64,000 nucleotides of DNA from Botryllus schlosseri (taxonomy: Eukaryota): positions 36,396,001 through 36,460,000 of the forward strand of contig CM119372.1 of assembly GCA_051294905.1 (NCBI GenBank), read 5' to 3'. Both the position numbers and the translations under genes were made by a program. Positions 60,616 through 64,000 of this stretch are shown in pieces (within the stretch, counting starts at the first letter, position 1; each line of letters opens with the position of its first letter). Under the pieces are notes generated by a model. The model was not told the origin of the DNA, did no database searches, and saw only the letters and a list, made by a program, of their open reading frames with translations.

Positions 60616-62783
60616 TAAGGCGATTTTTTTACCGAAGAAATAGGAATTTTGATATTTTTACCTTAAACAAATTACTGCTACTGTTGAACGTTCTTTCTCA
60701 ATTCTTGGCAAGCTACTTCGTAAGGACATACATTTTCGACCCGAAAATGTACGAAATTATCTTTCGTTGTACTACAATAACTTTTAATTATTTGTACCAT
60801 AATGTGTAATGAAACTACTGAAATTCTTCATAGGTACAGATTTCGTTTAAGTAAAGTTTTTCCATGAAAACAATGTCCTTTTTTAAGTCAAAAAGGTTTT
60901 CCAGGTCAGGCTAATTCGTAAGGACAGACAGTTTCAACCAGAATTGATGAAAAGTAGTACAATTCTACCATTATGAGCGATAACACCACGTTTACTTACA
61001 CGAGGGAAAAATTTTATCACAATTAAATTTTTTAAGGTAAAAAAATGTCAAAATTTTCATTTTTAGTGCAAATTCTTCCGTTTTTAGGCAACAAAAATCG
61101 CCTTAGTTTTCACTGATCAGGTAATAATTCATCGATGATTTTAATGGATGAAAAAAGCGTCTATGGAAATGTATCAGCCAATCTTCGAAGTTGATCTAAG
61201 GAGGAAATGTTGATGCTGGTAAACCTGGTAGTAAACGGATTTGTTTGCCATTACAAAATGTTACCCATAGGCTATAATTTGACATGTCCATAATACGGAA
61301 TTTGGTAGTTTCATTTCATGTTAAGATCACCGCTTCAAAAGTTTGCCGATTCCACGAGACAACATAGAGGAGAGGGTAGTTAAAGTTAATGGAGGGGTGA
61401 GTTGCAAAATTCCAGAATCGCAATAAGTTGCACTCGCTTGTTAAATGTGAACTTAGTATGGTCTAAGAAAATACATTAGTCCGCTTTCTAAAATGGTAAA
61501 ACAAGGATTTGTCAGTTCTGGTAAACATGGGAACAAACGGAATTGTTTGCTATTACGAGACGTATTCATAGGCTATAATTTTAAATGTCCATTTTACAGG
61601 ATTGCTTTAGCTTTATTTCATGGTGATATCATCGCTTCTGACGTTTACCGATTCCATCACAAGACGAGAAGTGGATAGTTAAATATAATAACGGGTCAGT
61701 CGCAAGATCACATTATTATAATATATTTCAAGGACGCACGCGATAAATTCTAACTTTATACAGATTACGAAATTGTAGTAGCCTTTTTTTAGAGTGACCA
61801 AACCACGGAATGTTATTCGCAGTGCATTTCGAGGTTTAGCCCGCTCATAAAAGGTTTGAAATTGAAACAACCTGGATTGGATATCCTGGCACGAGTAATA
61901 TTGAATAGATATTGTTTTCGAAGGTGTCCCGATGTGCAAGTATTAGCTGAAAAAGCCTGTAAGTCATTAGCAGACATATGCACCTAACAGACATTGACAA
62001 AAGGACGACCCAGCAAATATTACTTGAGTTATTCGCAGCAGAAGTGGTTGAAGAAGTCATCGTTGGTAGTTAAGTAGAAGTGGAAGAACCGCTGCCGATT
62101 TCTACTCAATTACAAGTACACGTTGTGATTTACAAGACTACTTCAGGTGGAAGTAGATAATGAAAGGTTCCAAAAGTAATGAAGTACCTAATAACAAACA
62201 GTGGATTTGATGAAGGGGTCGTAGGCCCTGTACATTTATCAGTTATTAGGAGATCGCCACACTTGAAAGGTAGGGTTTATCCTTGCGGCTACCACAACAT
62301 GACAATTAAAACTACAGATATAGATGCATTTCCCAAGACCAATTCATACTTTCCATAATCCCAAACGCAAAAAGTAAGTAGCTTTTCTAAAAAATTGTTG
62401 AGTGGACGTAGTCTAGAAACACGGACGCTCGAATATTGAGAGCGGGTTGCAAAAAGCTGCACGAGTACTCGGAAAAAGTGAAAGTAGGCCTACTTCGTTT
62501 CTGACCACCTCTGTTGAATACGTACATTGTATCTAGGATGGCCTTAATTCGGCGGAAGGTTAGTGACTGCACCGTGCACACGCTGTTGGTACAAAGTACG
62601 TATGGTTTTTGGAGGAAGGCTATTCGTAACGAACTCAGAAAGCCAGAAAACGTATTACACCAAACTGAGTAAACATTGTTCCATTCGCGAAGGAATTATT
62701 ATTATTTACTTGAACTGGATAAAATCTTGACTGGGTACACAGATCCTATCACTGCTGTCTGGACCCGTATGGGTGCATAGCAA

Positions 62784-63570
62784 CCAGGGCTTTGGAGCAG
62801 CCGTCAATTTAAACTGCTCCAGCTCCGGCTCCGGAGCTTTCTTCTATCATACATTAGCTCCGGCTCCAGCTCCGGAGCCGCATTATTACCACTGCTCCGG
62901 CTCCAGCTCCGGCTCCGGCTCTGAAATTATCGAATGGGCCTGTCTATATCAGGCGTGGCCAACCCGCGGGCCAAATGTGTCCCGCGAGAGGGTTTTGCGT
63001 GACCCTCGATGTAATTTACTATTATATTATCGAAAATGAATTGCTCAGATTGTGATCTTGCAATGTCAACCAAACATTACAAGTGTGACTGCGACACTTG
63101 GGATGTTGATGACTAAAATATCAGTTCCGACCACTGGGGTCCAGTCACATTTTCAGTTAATCGTCGTACATTACAATAAACTAAAATAGTAGTGAAATTT
63201 TTCTCAACACTTTGCGTGTTTAATTGTCACACAATTTCTTGCTTGGTAGCCTACCCCCTACTAAAAATGAAAAACACGCCTACTTTACCCGATCGAGTCT
63301 AACTGTATTCGCAATTGCGGGAGAAAGTCTTTTCGCGTTTGCGCTCGCATAAAGATCGTCGACGGTGAAATGTAGGCACAAAATGATTGTCGCATATTAT
63401 CGGAGACCTTCGATCAGGGCTTTGGAGCCGGAGCCGGAGCCCGGAGCCGGAGCCCCGGAGCCGTGCATTTTCACCGGAGCTGGAGCCGGAGCCGGAGCTC
63501 TACATAAAATTCAGCCGGAGCCGGAGCCGGAGCTGGAGCCCGTTATTTGAGTAGTAGCTCCGGCTCCGAC
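62784..63570. repeat. GGAGCC/GGCTCC hexamer-rich MITE ends
   Basis: Two CAGGGCTTTGGAGC starts (about 62785 and 63415) followed by (GGAGCC)n or (GGCTCC)n arrays. Confidence 0.65.
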
Positions 63571-64000
63571 CTATTTCATAAGATGCCATTATATATATAT
63601 GCAACAACCACATCTGCTGATTTATCATAATTGAACAGCAGGCCTGAATTTTAATGCTGTGCACAGCAATGGCATAGATAGAGTAAACTGCGTTCTAGTG
63701 CAACTATGATGTTGTCGACAATTGACAAGTATTCAGTATGACGTCACAAGCTGGCAAGGCGGCACCTATATGTCTTCGTTGCTACATCGGATGTTACTGA
63801 CGGCTGACAGACTTTAGATTACTATAGATAACTAACCTGTGGGTAGATTAGTAATCTATATAGACCAGGAATGGCCAACCTTTTCGGCTAAAGGGGCACA
63901 TGCAATCGAAGAACGAGTGTGCGGTCCACTAGCCGCGCCAAGCGGATAAACTTTTCTAAGTTTATAAATAAACTAGGTCAATAATATTATTACTTGAGTA

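Noticed and set aside
62773..63550. Pro/Glu- and Gly/Ala-repeat ORFs
   Set aside because: They are translations of (GGAGCC)n subterminal repeats of MITEs.

Overview
Eukaryotic, repeat-dense, AT-rich genomic DNA. The short introns, hAT/MITE-rich landscape and intronless orphan 7TM gene suggest a marine invertebrate, probably an ascidian (inference only). Two host genes are supported: an intronless 7-transmembrane receptor-like ORF (3698-4693, +) and a five-exon SdsA1/BDS1-type alkyl sulfatase (about 35025-24086, -) whose HxHxDH metal motif is split by an intron. The rest is mostly mobile DNA: a decayed PIF/Harbinger element (7621-11761, TAA TSD), a Chapaev/CMC-like transposase relic, a 5'-truncated L1/Tx1-clade LINE, tRNA-derived SINEs, many nested hAT-type MITEs and a 2.64-kb hAT fold-back palindrome in a sulfatase intron. 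The standout is a 13,356-bp near-perfect palindrome (39533-52888). It has two 6.35-kb inverted arms around a 657-bp spacer, Polinton/Maverick-type AGTAGT...ACTACT ends and a 6-bp TSD (ATCGTG), but no recognisable polymerase, integrase or capsid gene. It sits inside a SINE whose own 13-bp TSD is intact, which argues for a real insertion rather than an assembly fold-back. It looks like a non-autonomous, snap-back or defective-genome-like Maverick derivative.
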